NCBI GenBank assembly: GCA_965223265.1
Contig: OZ244999.1
Location: forward strand, 1,952,001 to 2,016,000
DNA from: Planctomycetota bacterium
GTDB taxonomy: Bacteria; Planctomycetota; UBA8108; SXIK01
Length of the DNA: 64,000 bases
Direction of reading: 5' to 3'
Shown here: piece by piece, positions 41,381-50,884 of the stretch
Layout of the letters: each line of letters begins with the position of its first letter
Position numbering within the stretch: position 1 is the first letter of the stretch
The notes under the pieces: generated by a model
Told to the model about the DNA's origin: nothing
Seen by the model: the letters and a program-made list of their open reading frames with translations, nothing else
Databases searched by the model: none
Program-made: the position numbers and the translations under genes

Positions 41381-42157
41381 ATGAAACGAGATACGGCAGC
41401 CGACCTCGTCGGCAAAGTGGCGCTGATCACCGGGGGCAGCCGCGGCATCGGGTTCGCGATCGCTAAGGGTTTCCTGGAGCGAGGCGCGCAGGTCGTGATC
41501 ACCTCGCGAAGCCACAACGGCATCCAGGCGGCGGTCACTAAGCTGAAGGATGTCGGCTTGACTCAAGTCGAAGGCGCCGTCGCGCACAGTGCCAATCCCG
41601 AGGCAGTCCAGCAGGCGTTTCAGGCGGCTGCATCGGCCTTTGGTCCGGTGCAGATCGTCGTCAACAACGCGGCGACCAATCCGATCATGAAGCCACTTGC
41701 CGACACGGAGCTCGAGGTTTTCGACAAGATCATTCAGACCAATCTGCGTGGTTATTTGGTGGTCTCTCAAGAGGCTGTCAAGCGTCTACGTGCAGCTCGC
41801 CTCGGTGGCTCCATCATTAACGTCTCCACCGTTGCGTCGATGCGTAGCTGGCCGGGTCTCGGCGCTTACAGCGTGAGCAAAGCCGCGGTGAACATGATGA
41901 CGCAGGTCCTCGCTGGCGAACTCGGGCCCGAGTCGATTCGGGTCAACGGCATTGCCCCTGGTCTCGTGCGGACGCGGTTCAGCGAGGCGCTTTGGGGCGA
42001 CTCCGAGGCGGAGGAGCGCGTGAAGCGAAAACTGCCGCTCAGGCGCATCGCCGAGGTGGAGGACATCGTCGGCGCCGCGATCTTTCTAGCTTCCGACGCG
42101 TCGTCCTACGTCACGGGTCAGACTCTTGTCGTTGACGGTGGAATGCTCGCGACCTAA
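41381..42157 (+). CDS. Short-chain dehydrogenase/reductase (classical SDR)
   Basis: TGGSRGIG, VNNAA, YSVSK, IRVNGIAPG, YVTGQTLVVDGG. Confidence 0.96.
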   Translation: MKRDTAADLVGKVALITGGSRGIGFAIAKGFLERGAQVVITSRSHNGIQAAVTKLKDVGLTQVEGAVAHSANPEAVQQAFQAAASAFGPVQIVVNNAATNPIMKPLADTELEVFDKIIQTNLRGYLVVSQEAVKRLRAARLGGSIINVSTVASMRSWPGLGAYSVSKAAVNMMTQVLAGELGPESIRVNGIAPGLVRTRFSEALWGDSEAEERVKRKLPLRRIAEVEDIVGAAIFLASDASSYVTGQTLVVDGGMLAT

Positions 42158-42297
42158 TCGCCGAAAAGTCATGCTGCGGTGAAAAAAATCTTCGCGCTGT
42201 ATGTCGAGAATTCCTCAACAACCAGCGGGCGGGGCCTTAGAATACGCAGGAGAGAGATCATTTGACGAGCCCTGCGAAATCCACGCTCGGAGGAATC

Positions 42298-43206
42298 ATG
42301 CGTTCAGGAACGGTCAGCAGCATGCGCGTGTCACGTCGCCGGCCCTTCAGCGGCCGGAGCTTGGTGCTTACGATCGCAGCGGGGCTTTGGCTTCCCACCG
42401 CGTTTGTGATGGCGGAACCCCCACGACTTGGCCTCGGGGCGAGCGAACAAAACGTCGGCGAACTTTACGTGGACCGTGGTACCGATCACGCCGTCGAGTC
42501 GACGCCCGCACACCCGACTCACGGGTGGCACCCCTACTACAATCACTACGGCTACTACCCCTGGTACGCGATCCCGCGCACTTACCGCTACAAACGTTAT
42601 CCCGAAAACACCCGCACGGCGCGCACCCCTGACCTGCAGCTGCGTCCGTATGACCCGTACGCGTGGGTGCACGGCCTGCGTCTGCCAAAGGACGCGGCGC
42701 CGCTACCGCCTCCTCCCGATTGGCGCGGCTATGAAGGCGTTGTGGGCGCGGCCAAGCGCGAAGCCGGAGAGAACGCGTCGCTCGTCGGTGATGGGCGGGC
42801 GATCGAGCTCATGAAGAAGGCGAAATACAAGCAAGCCGGACGCTTGCTGGCAGCAGCCTTTCGCCGCGACGATCACCCGCGATATCCGCTTCTTCTGTCC
42901 GAGGTGTTTCTCGGGCTCGGCAAGACGGAGCACGCTGAGCTCCTTCTCGGCGTGGCGCTGGAGTCCGAGGACGTCGCTGCAGTGCTGCCGCGAAAGATCG
43001 CGGAGCATTTTCCGCCGAATGAATTCGAACGCATCGCGAGTGAGGTGACCTCGAAGAGCGGCGACACGCTGCTGGCAGCGTATCTTCTCGTTCACTCCCA
43101 AGCACCCGAAAAGGGATTGGATGCGCTCAAGAAGCTCTACGAGGCGGGCGACGTAAAGGCGGGGGTCCTCTACCGTCACTACCTGGGTCAAGTTTTTCGC
43201 GACTGA
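42298..43206 (+). CDS. Secreted hypothetical protein, Tyr/His/Pro-rich segment followed by helical (TPR-like) region
   Basis: GGAGG RBS before ATG 42298; hydrophobic signal; helical C-terminus. Confidence 0.7.
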   Translation: MRSGTVSSMRVSRRRPFSGRSLVLTIAAGLWLPTAFVMAEPPRLGLGASEQNVGELYVDRGTDHAVESTPAHPTHGWHPYYNHYGYYPWYAIPRTYRYKRYPENTRTARTPDLQLRPYDPYAWVHGLRLPKDAAPLPPPPDWRGYEGVVGAAKREAGENASLVGDGRAIELMKKAKYKQAGRLLAAAFRRDDHPRYPLLLSEVFLGLGKTEHAELLLGVALESEDVAAVLPRKIAEHFPPNEFERIASEVTSKSGDTLLAAYLLVHSQAPEKGLDALKKLYEAGDVKAGVLYRHYLGQVFRD

Positions 43207-43339
43207 GCGCGGCGACAATTGAACCCAGGAACGCTTCGGAAGGTTCCGAACAGTTTGCGGGTCGTCTTCGTTCGTCGCAGCTTTCATCGGTAGCGGTGGG
43301 GACCTCTACGTTTCGATCGCTTTGGATGGAGGAGGAAAT

Positions 43340-45448
43340 ATGCGTGCGGCGTCGACTTTTCGCCTCGGGATGGGACTGATTGGTTGTGTTGTCGCACTCA
43401 CGGTTGTCGCGGCCCCCGTGGATTCGCGGCTCGAGCGCGCCAAAACGCTGAACGACGAGCACGCGTTTGATCCGCCCGCGACGCTCCAGGCCTGGGAGCG
43501 GCGTGCGGCACGCGTGCGTGAGCAGATCCTTGTCGCTGCGGGTCTGTGGCCTTTGCCTCCAGTGGCGTCCGTGAACGCCACCATCCACGGTCGCATCGAA
43601 CGGGACGCGTACAGCGTCGAGAAGGTTCTCGTCGAAAGCTTTCCTGGGTTTTACGTCACGGGCAACTTGTACCGTCCTCTGGCGCCATCCACGACGCCAC
43701 GGCCGGCAGTCTTGAGTCCGCACGGCCATTGGCCGAACGGGCGCTTCTACGAGCGCAGCGAAGAGGAGGCACAGGCCCAGATCGACGCTGGCAAGGAGAA
43801 GACCATGGCTGGCGCTCGGTACCCGCTGCAAGCCCGCTGCGCCATGCTCGCGCGGATGGGGTGCGTCGTCTTTCACTACGATATGGTGGGCTACGCCGAC
43901 AGCAAGCAGATCCCTCACGCCAAAGGATTCGAGGACGCGGAGGCCGGCCTGCGCCTGCAGAGCGCTTTCGGCCTGCAGCTCTATAACTCGATCCGCGCTT
44001 TCGATTTTCTTGCCTCGCTTGAGGGCGTTGATCCGCAGCGCATCGGCGTCACCGGTGCCAGCGGCGGTGGCACGCAGACGTTCTTTCTCGCCGGGATCGA
44101 CACGCGTCCGAAGGCGGCGTTTCCAGCCGTGATGGTGTCGACGGGAATGCAGGGCGGATGTGTCTGCGAGAACGCCCACCTGTTGCGAGTCGGTACCGGC
44201 AACGTCGAGTTCGCTGCCCTGGCCGCACCCAGACCGGTCAGCATGACTGGGGCGAACGATTGGACGATCGACATTGAGACCAAAGGGTTGCCCGAGCTGA
44301 AGGAACTGTATCGCCTCTACGACGCCGAGGAGCGAGTGGCGGCAAAGTGTTTCCCAGACTTCGAGCACAACTACAATCAGGTCAGCCGGGAGATCATGTA
44401 CGGCTGGTTCAACGAGCACCTGCAGCTCGGCTGGGAAGAGACGCCCGTCACGGAGGTCGTCTTCGAGCCGATCGCGCCGGCCGAGCTCTCGGTTTTCGAC
44501 GATGAGCATGCATTGCCTTCGGATGCTGTCGACGTTGAGAGGTTGCGTGAGCTGTGGACCGAGATGTCGACGGCGCAAATGCGTTCGCTCTCGCCGTCGG
44601 ACGCTGACGACTTTGTGAAGTACCAGCAAGTCCTTCGAGCCGCGCTGCGAGCGATCGTCGGTAGCGACTTGCCGGCGACTTCCGACGTTGATGTTGAGGC
44701 GACCGCACAGGCCGAGGTGGACGGGTTTCGTCTTGAGTGGCGTCGGCTCTCGCGCGCCGGTCGCCGCGATCAAGTCCCAGCTCTGTGGATCGAGCCGCCG
44801 ACTTGGGATGGGCGCGTCGTCGTCTGTGTCTCGGACCGCGGCCAGGGCGATTTCGCGCGTAGCGCCGGCGACGGCCGCTTGCAGGCGGTCGCCGCACGAG
44901 CGTTGACGCGCGGCGCCGCACTCTTGCTGGTCGACGTGTTGCTCACGGGGGAGTCGGCGACCGCAGCATCAGAGGCGCCACGGCTCCCTGTTGACACGAA
45001 GCGACACGAACGTTTCTCGGGGTACACCTATGGATACAACCGCACTCTCCTCGCAGAGCGTGTACACGACGTTCTCACCGCGGTCGCGCACGCGCGTGCG
45101 AACGAAACGACGCGTGCGGTTCACTTGATCGGTGCGGGAGAAGGTGGTCTTTGGTGCCTCTTGGCAACCGCGATCGCCAGCGATGCCATCGGCGCTGTCT
45201 TCGCCGAGCGGCCAAGCTTTCACTTTGCGGAGATCGCCGATGTCAACGACCCGCGCTTCTTCCCCGGCGGTCTCAAGTACGGCGATTGGGAAGCGTTCGC
45301 TGCGGCTTGTGCGCCCGTGCCGCTGTGGCTCGTCGGAGCAAGCACCGTTCCTGTCGCCGTCGACAACGCATACCGGGCGGCGGCCGCTGGAGCCGCCGAA
45401 ACGATGGCGCGTCTGTCACCCGAAACGATCGAACAGCTGCCGCAGTGA
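43340..45448 (+). CDS. Secreted acetylxylan-esterase-like tandem alpha/beta hydrolase
   Basis: GGAGGAGG RBS; PAVLSPHGHW, YDMVGY, IGVTGASGGGTQT, QGGCVCE, HNYN. Confidence 0.88.
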   Translation: MRAASTFRLGMGLIGCVVALTVVAAPVDSRLERAKTLNDEHAFDPPATLQAWERRAARVREQILVAAGLWPLPPVASVNATIHGRIERDAYSVEKVLVESFPGFYVTGNLYRPLAPSTTPRPAVLSPHGHWPNGRFYERSEEEAQAQIDAGKEKTMAGARYPLQARCAMLARMGCVVFHYDMVGYADSKQIPHAKGFEDAEAGLRLQSAFGLQLYNSIRAFDFLASLEGVDPQRIGVTGASGGGTQTFFLAGIDTRPKAAFPAVMVSTGMQGGCVCENAHLLRVGTGNVEFAALAAPRPVSMTGANDWTIDIETKGLPELKELYRLYDAEERVAAKCFPDFEHNYNQVSREIMYGWFNEHLQLGWEETPVTEVVFEPIAPAELSVFDDEHALPSDAVDVERLRELWTEMSTAQMRSLSPSDADDFVKYQQVLRAALRAIVGSDLPATSDVDVEATAQAEVDGFRLEWRRLSRAGRRDQVPALWIEPPTWDGRVVVCVSDRGQGDFARSAGDGRLQAVAARALTRGAALLLVDVLLTGESATAASEAPRLPVDTKRHERFSGYTYGYNRTLLAERVHDVLTAVAHARANETTRAVHLIGAGEGGLWCLLATAIASDAIGAVFAERPSFHFAEIADVNDPRFFPGGLKYGDWEAFAAACAPVPLWLVGASTVPVAVDNAYRAAAAGAAETMARLSPETIEQLPQ

Positions 45449-45517
45449 ACGCCACGACACGCCACGACACGCCGCGACACGCCACGACACGCCGCGACAC
45501 GCCGCGACACGCCGCGA
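45449..45517. repeat. 10-bp tandem repeat (GCCRCGACAC) x6+
   Basis: Directly visible just after the hydrolase stop codon. Confidence 0.9.
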
Positions 45518-45638
45518 TCACGGTGCCGCATCGCACGGCGCCTCTTTACGCTGCTGCGGAGCCGGGCTATAACGGTTGTTTCGATTTGTTGACAACCTAG
45601 CGCCTTTGCACCGTGGTCTTTTCAAGGAGCGTCTAACG

Positions 45639-48017
45639 ATGGCTACGACGTTGACGGTAAAGAATCCAGGTCCGACTGCACGAGTTCCGTTGCAACCGAT
45701 CACGCCGAGGGCCCAGGCGACGGCTGGTGCATTGCCAAGCTGCGCCGCGCGGCGGTCGACGCTGAGTTTGCTTCTGGTCGCTGTGCTGGTGTTGCCGGCG
45801 TCTCTTGACGCACAGAGTTTGTCAGTGATCAGCGGTGTGGAGGCGCAGCCTCTCAAGGCGCAGGCGCGCAGGATCGTGGAGGCGCTCGGATACGTTGGCA
45901 GTCCGATCTCGCCAGGGGACCAAACGCGACTGAAAGAGATCTTTGACGCACCTGACGACGAGAAGTCGAGTCAGGAAGTGCAAAAGATCCTGAACGCTTA
46001 TGTGGTCAATGCCGTCCACATCAATCCTGAGAGTCGTGTCAAGGTCGCAGCTGGCCCAGCGAAGCCGGAGCTTCTCATGCAGGGGTGGCGCACGTTCCTG
46101 GTTCGCGTGCACAACGAGGCCGGCGTGACAGCAGAGCTCCAGGTGGAGAGTCCGAACGCCGCGCCGCTCTACAAACGCTCAACCGGTTCGAAGGAACCGG
46201 AGATCACGATCAAACCTGGCGACGTCGGCAACCGCTGGATGGACATCGCGCTCTATACAGGACAGCCGCTACAGCCTCGACTTTCCGGCTTGCTGCTAGA
46301 GTACCGTATCGTTGAGATCTACGCGCGGGACTCGGGCAAGCGTGAAGCGAAGATCATGTACAACGTCGGTCAGGGGACGCAAGACATCGGGTTTCGCAAC
46401 GAGGTGGACATCCTGTTCGACTGCGTACCGTCGGTGGAGGTGATCCTCGACGTGCGCGACCACGATGGTTCGGAAACGATGGCATCGTTCGAGGTGCGCG
46501 ATCGTCGTGGCCGTTTGTATCCGGCGCCGTCACGCCGTTTGGCGCCAGACTTCTTCTTTCATCCACAGGTCTATCGTGCCACGGGCGAGTCGATTCACCT
46601 GCCGGCGGGGGAGTACGAAGTGATCTTCACCCGTGGCCCCGAATATTTGGTTTCAACGCGAACGATCGAAGTGCCGCCGAACGTCAAGTCGCACCGCGAG
46701 AAGTTCGATCTGGAGCGCTGGGTGCATCCATTGAAGCTCGGCTGGTTCAGCGGCGACCATCACGTCCACGGAGGCGGCTGTGCGCACTACGAGAGTCCGA
46801 CAGCGGGCGTTACGCCCAAGGATATGTTCCGGCATCAGCTCGGTGAGGATCTCAACATCGCCTGCGTGCTGACCTGGGGGCCATGCTGGTATTTCCAGAA
46901 GCAGTTTTTCGAAGGCCGGGTCAACGAGCACAGCACGGCGAATTACAAGATGCGCTATGACGTCGAGGTTTCTGGTTTTCCGTCCGACCACTCGGGCCAC
47001 CTTTCCCTCCTGCGTCTGAAGGAAGACGACTATCCCGGGACGACGCGCACGGAGCAGTGGCCGAGCTGGGATTTGCCGATTTTGACGTGGGCGAAGGAGC
47101 AGGGCGGTGTGGTCGGATTCTCGCATTCCGGGTGGGGGCTCGCGGTTGAAACTGATGAGCTGCCGAACTACGTCATTCCACCCTTTGACGGCATCGGTGC
47201 CAACGAGTTCATCGTCGACGTGGTCCACGGTGTCGTCGACTTTATCTCATCGGTCGACACGCCGTATGTCTGGGAGCTGAACATTTGGTACCACACGCTG
47301 AACTGTGGCTTCAGGACGCGGATCAGCGGCGAGACCGATTTTCCATGCATCTACGGCGACAAGGTGGGGCTCGGAAGAATCTACTGCAAGCTTGACGGCG
47401 AGTTGAACTTCGATAAGTTCTGTGACGCCATCCGCGAGGGGCGATCCTATGTTGGTGACGGATTGAGTCACCTGATCGACTTCTCGATCAACGGCGTCGA
47501 AATTGGCACGCGCGGCAGCGAGGTACACGTGGCGAAGCCCGGACGAGTGAAAGTCACAGCGAGGGTCGCTGCCTATTTAGATCAAACGGCGAATCCTGAC
47601 TTGAGCGAGGTGCCCTACAGCACGAAGCCCTACTGGCATATCGAGCGCGCCCGAATCAAGGGCGAGCGCAAGGTGCCACTTGAGATCGTCGTCAACGGAC
47701 AAGCGGTTGCGCGCCATGAGATCGTCGCTGACGGCAAGCTCCGCGACATGACCTTCGACGTGCCGATCGAGCGTTCGAGTTGGGTGGCGCTGCGCATTCT
47801 TCCAAGCTCGCACACCAATCCAATCTTCGTGCTGGTCGATGGCAAGCCGGTGCGTGCTTCGCGCCGCAGTGCAGACTGGTGTCTCAAATCGGTCGACCAG
47901 TGCTGGGAGCGGAAGCATCCGCGCATCCGAGAGTCGGAGCGCGACGCCGCGCGCAAGGCGTATGACGTGGCGCGGACTGCGTACAGAAAGATCCTGGCGG
48001 AATCGCATGCGGATTGA
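45639..48017 (+). CDS. CehA/McbA-like (PHP-fold) metallohydrolase
   Basis: AAGGAG RBS; GWFSGDHHVH, FSHSGWG, WYHTLNCG, SGETDFPC, RSSWVALR, HTNPIFV. Confidence 0.85.
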   Translation: MATTLTVKNPGPTARVPLQPITPRAQATAGALPSCAARRSTLSLLLVAVLVLPASLDAQSLSVISGVEAQPLKAQARRIVEALGYVGSPISPGDQTRLKEIFDAPDDEKSSQEVQKILNAYVVNAVHINPESRVKVAAGPAKPELLMQGWRTFLVRVHNEAGVTAELQVESPNAAPLYKRSTGSKEPEITIKPGDVGNRWMDIALYTGQPLQPRLSGLLLEYRIVEIYARDSGKREAKIMYNVGQGTQDIGFRNEVDILFDCVPSVEVILDVRDHDGSETMASFEVRDRRGRLYPAPSRRLAPDFFFHPQVYRATGESIHLPAGEYEVIFTRGPEYLVSTRTIEVPPNVKSHREKFDLERWVHPLKLGWFSGDHHVHGGGCAHYESPTAGVTPKDMFRHQLGEDLNIACVLTWGPCWYFQKQFFEGRVNEHSTANYKMRYDVEVSGFPSDHSGHLSLLRLKEDDYPGTTRTEQWPSWDLPILTWAKEQGGVVGFSHSGWGLAVETDELPNYVIPPFDGIGANEFIVDVVHGVVDFISSVDTPYVWELNIWYHTLNCGFRTRISGETDFPCIYGDKVGLGRIYCKLDGELNFDKFCDAIREGRSYVGDGLSHLIDFSINGVEIGTRGSEVHVAKPGRVKVTARVAAYLDQTANPDLSEVPYSTKPYWHIERARIKGERKVPLEIVVNGQAVARHEIVADGKLRDMTFDVPIERSSWVALRILPSSHTNPIFVLVDGKPVRASRRSADWCLKSVDQCWERKHPRIRESERDAARKAYDVARTAYRKILAESHAD

Positions 48018-48819
48018 CGCGCGTTCGAACGGGCTGCGCGACACGCCGGGCGCCGAGGCATCTGGGCGACTGGCGTGCCGCGTATCTCCATCGCCGCGAC
48101 GCTCTGCTTCGCGCGCGGCACCGCTGCCGCGCCTGTTGGCGCTGGCGGTGAGTGTGGCGGTGAGCGTCGGTTGTGAGGACGAGCGCGCCGCCGGTCTCAC
48201 CGGAAACGTCGTCGTCGACAGAGCGGCAGCAGAGATCGAGATCCACGCCGTGTTTCAGCGCGCGCCGGCCACGGAGGGTTCGTGGCATCTGCTCGTGCAG
48301 AAAGATGGTTCGATGGCACAGCAGGCCTGCTTCGTCACCGACGCCTCGCCGCAGCTGTTCTACGACAGTCTTCGCGGTTTGGCGTTCGAAGCGGCTAATA
48401 CGATCACCTGCGATAACATGGGAGATCTCAATGCCGCGACGCGGGGAGAACTCCTGGACTACTCCTTCGAGTGGGCGACAAGCGCTGGACGACGGAGCTT
48501 GGACGACCTCTTCGTCGAAGTCGTGCCCGAGTCGGAAGAGGCGGCTCGTGGGAAGCGCGGCATCGAAATGCGATTTGGCGGCAATCACACCGGTGAGGAC
48601 GAGGGGAGCCCGCCGTCGCACCGCAGCGGCTGCCTGGCCTGCCTCTATACTTGCTGCGCGGGAGTTACCTCAAATAGCCGTGCCAACTTGGCGACACTGC
48701 GCGCCGACGGCGACGTCCATCGCTACCGCATTCGCCCGGGCGTGAAGCTGGATGACGGCACCGTGGTGACGATCTTTGTGCGCCGCAAGCCTACTGGAGA
48801 AGACGCGCAACGTCGTTGA
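48007..48819 (+). CDS. YdjY-like lipoprotein with Cys cluster (start uncertain)
   Basis: Lipobox SVGC; MRFGGN...SGCLACLYTCCAGVTSN resembles the YdjY CxxCxxxC motif. Confidence 0.65.
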   Translation: MRIDARSNGLRDTPGAEASGRLACRVSPSPRRSASRAAPLPRLLALAVSVAVSVGCEDERAAGLTGNVVVDRAAAEIEIHAVFQRAPATEGSWHLLVQKDGSMAQQACFVTDASPQLFYDSLRGLAFEAANTITCDNMGDLNAATRGELLDYSFEWATSAGRRSLDDLFVEVVPESEEAARGKRGIEMRFGGNHTGEDEGSPPSHRSGCLACLYTCCAGVTSNSRANLATLRADGDVHRYRIRPGVKLDDGTVVTIFVRRKPTGEDAQRR

Positions 48820-50884
48820 AGGTGACGAAGATCGCGAGCGCCAGAATCAGCAGAAAAGCGATGTTGGTCGCCCACTCCTGGACGCGAATGTCGACCGGAC
48901 TGCCCTTGATTTTTTCGATCAACAGGAAGAGGAGATGTCCGCCGTCGAGGATAGGGAACGGAAGGAGATTGAACAGGCCCAAGTTGACGCTGATCAGCGC
49001 GATGAAGTAGAGCAGGAATCCGAAGTCGCGTTGCTCCGTGATCTTCGTCAGCACGTGCGTGATTCCGACCGGTCCGGTGAGGTTCTTCGCGGAGACATCC
49101 CTGCGGATGAGGCTCCGCAGCGTGAGGAAAACCCATTTCGAGACGACGTAGACGCGTCGCGCACCAAGGGTGAATGCCTCAAGCACGCCTGTTTTGATCA
49201 GTTTCTCTTTGGACATCCAGGCGACGCCGACGACGTCGGTTCGATGGCCGACCGTCAGCTGCGTCGATTCGGTGCTGCCGTCTGGCCTTCGCCACACGAC
49301 GTCGAGCTGATCGCCTGGCTTGTGCGATTGAACGACTTCGATGAGCTGTCTCCAACGCTCAAGGGTGACGTCGCCGAGGCGCACGATCACGTCACCTGCA
49401 CGGAGCCCGACAGACTCGGCCGCGCTCCCGACGGCTACGGCGGCGATCGGCGGGAACGTCTCCACGGCGATCTCGGTCAACAGTTTCGCTTGCGGCCGCG
49501 ACAGCTCGAGCTGCTGCGGCTCACTGCCGCGCAGGATGAGCAGCGCGAATGAGTCGACGTTTTCTCGCCCAATTTGGTCGGCCAAATCTGTAGCGCTGTA
49601 AACCGGCTGGCCGTTGATTGCGCTGATAGCGTCTGCGCTCTCGAGTCCGGCATCGCTCAACTGAGAGCCGTCACTCAATTCTGGAACAGCGAGCGGAAAC
49701 CTGTCCAAATGAAAGTCGTCGCCGAGGAGCCATTCGATCAGAGCGTGGACTTGAACAGTCAGCGAGGTGACCGTGCCGTCGAGGCGGGCGACCTCGAGAG
49801 TTGTCTCGACTTTGCCTGCCTGTTTGAGTGCCGCGAGTGTGAACCAGTCGAAGATCCGCTGCGGATTCCCGTCGAGGCCGACGATCTGGTCGCCAGGGAG
49901 AAAAAGCCCGGACTGGGCCGCCTCCGATCCAGGGCGAATCGCGCGAATGACGCTGTGGCCAGGGTGGATACCCAGTTGCGGTTCGTCGCTGTCGGTCTTC
50001 TGCGGTCGTGACGGAATTGTTATGCGCTGAAGCTCTCCGTCGCGTTCCACTTCGATTTCGAACGGACGGTTCGCCAGCTGCAGGCGAGTGAAGACATCGA
50101 AGCGCGTCGCAACCGGTAAGTCACGAAACTCTGTTCCGGCGATGGACAAAGACTTCAAGCGATCACCGTCTCGGAGGCCAGCCTGCGCGGCGATGCCTCC
50201 TTTCACCGGCTCAAGCTTGTCGTCGAACGGGGGGAGAAAACCCGCGGTGTTCATGCCGAGCGCTGGGTTCCAGCGCGGGCGCAGCGGCAACGTCGCGGTC
50301 TCCGGAGAGTCCTCGCGACCGCGCTCGACCTTGACGCTGAGCTCCTCGTCGACGTTGGTCGTCGCGATCTTGACTTGCATCTCCATATGCTCGATCACTC
50401 GGCTGCCGTCGATCTCGACGATGCGGTCGCCGGGAAGGAATCCTGACTCCCAGGCTGGCGATCCAGGCTGAACGCTACCGACTTCTGCCGCGGTGAAGCT
50501 CACTCCGAGCGCGAACGCGATCATGAAGAAGATGAATGCGGAGAGGATGTTCATGATGGCGCCGGCGGCAAACACGAGGGCTCGCGCGCTGACCGACTTC
50601 GAGGATAGCTCGTCGGGGTTGCCTTCGCGGTCGTCTGAAAGCAGGGTTTCGCCGGCCATTTTTACATAGCCGCCAAACGGGATCATGCCGATCACGTATT
50701 CGGTTTCACCGCGAGTGAACGAGAAGAGTCGAAGGTTCTTGCCGCGAATGGGAGGATCAAAACCGACGGCGAAACGTTCGACCCGCACCCCGACTTTCTT
50801 GGCCGCGAGAAAGTGGCCAGCCTCGTGGATGAAGATAATGACACCGATGGCGAGAAGTGCATAGATGATATAGAGGAGAGTCAT
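48791..50884 (-). CDS. rseP: RseP site-2 intramembrane metalloprotease with multiple PDZ domains
   Basis: HEAGH, IPFGGYVKM, AGAIMN, GPVGI, NLGLFNLLPFPILDGGH; directly downstream of dxr. Confidence 0.94.
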   Translation of the reverse strand: MTLLYIIYALLAIGVIIFIHEAGHFLAAKKVGVRVERFAVGFDPPIRGKNLRLFSFTRGETEYVIGMIPFGGYVKMAGETLLSDDREGNPDELSSKSVSARALVFAAGAIMNILSAFIFFMIAFALGVSFTAAEVGSVQPGSPAWESGFLPGDRIVEIDGSRVIEHMEMQVKIATTNVDEELSVKVERGREDSPETATLPLRPRWNPALGMNTAGFLPPFDDKLEPVKGGIAAQAGLRDGDRLKSLSIAGTEFRDLPVATRFDVFTRLQLANRPFEIEVERDGELQRITIPSRPQKTDSDEPQLGIHPGHSVIRAIRPGSEAAQSGLFLPGDQIVGLDGNPQRIFDWFTLAALKQAGKVETTLEVARLDGTVTSLTVQVHALIEWLLGDDFHLDRFPLAVPELSDGSQLSDAGLESADAISAINGQPVYSATDLADQIGRENVDSFALLILRGSEPQQLELSRPQAKLLTEIAVETFPPIAAVAVGSAAESVGLRAGDVIVRLGDVTLERWRQLIEVVQSHKPGDQLDVVWRRPDGSTESTQLTVGHRTDVVGVAWMSKEKLIKTGVLEAFTLGARRVYVVSKWVFLTLRSLIRRDVSAKNLTGPVGITHVLTKITEQRDFGFLLYFIALISVNLGLFNLLPFPILDGGHLLFLLIEKIKGSPVDIRVQEWATNIAFLLILALAIFVTFNDVARLLQ

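Noticed and set aside
35898-44773. Long antisense ORFs (35898-37211, 43127-44773 and similar elsewhere)
   Set aside because: Shadows of well-supported genes in high-GC DNA, with no motifs.
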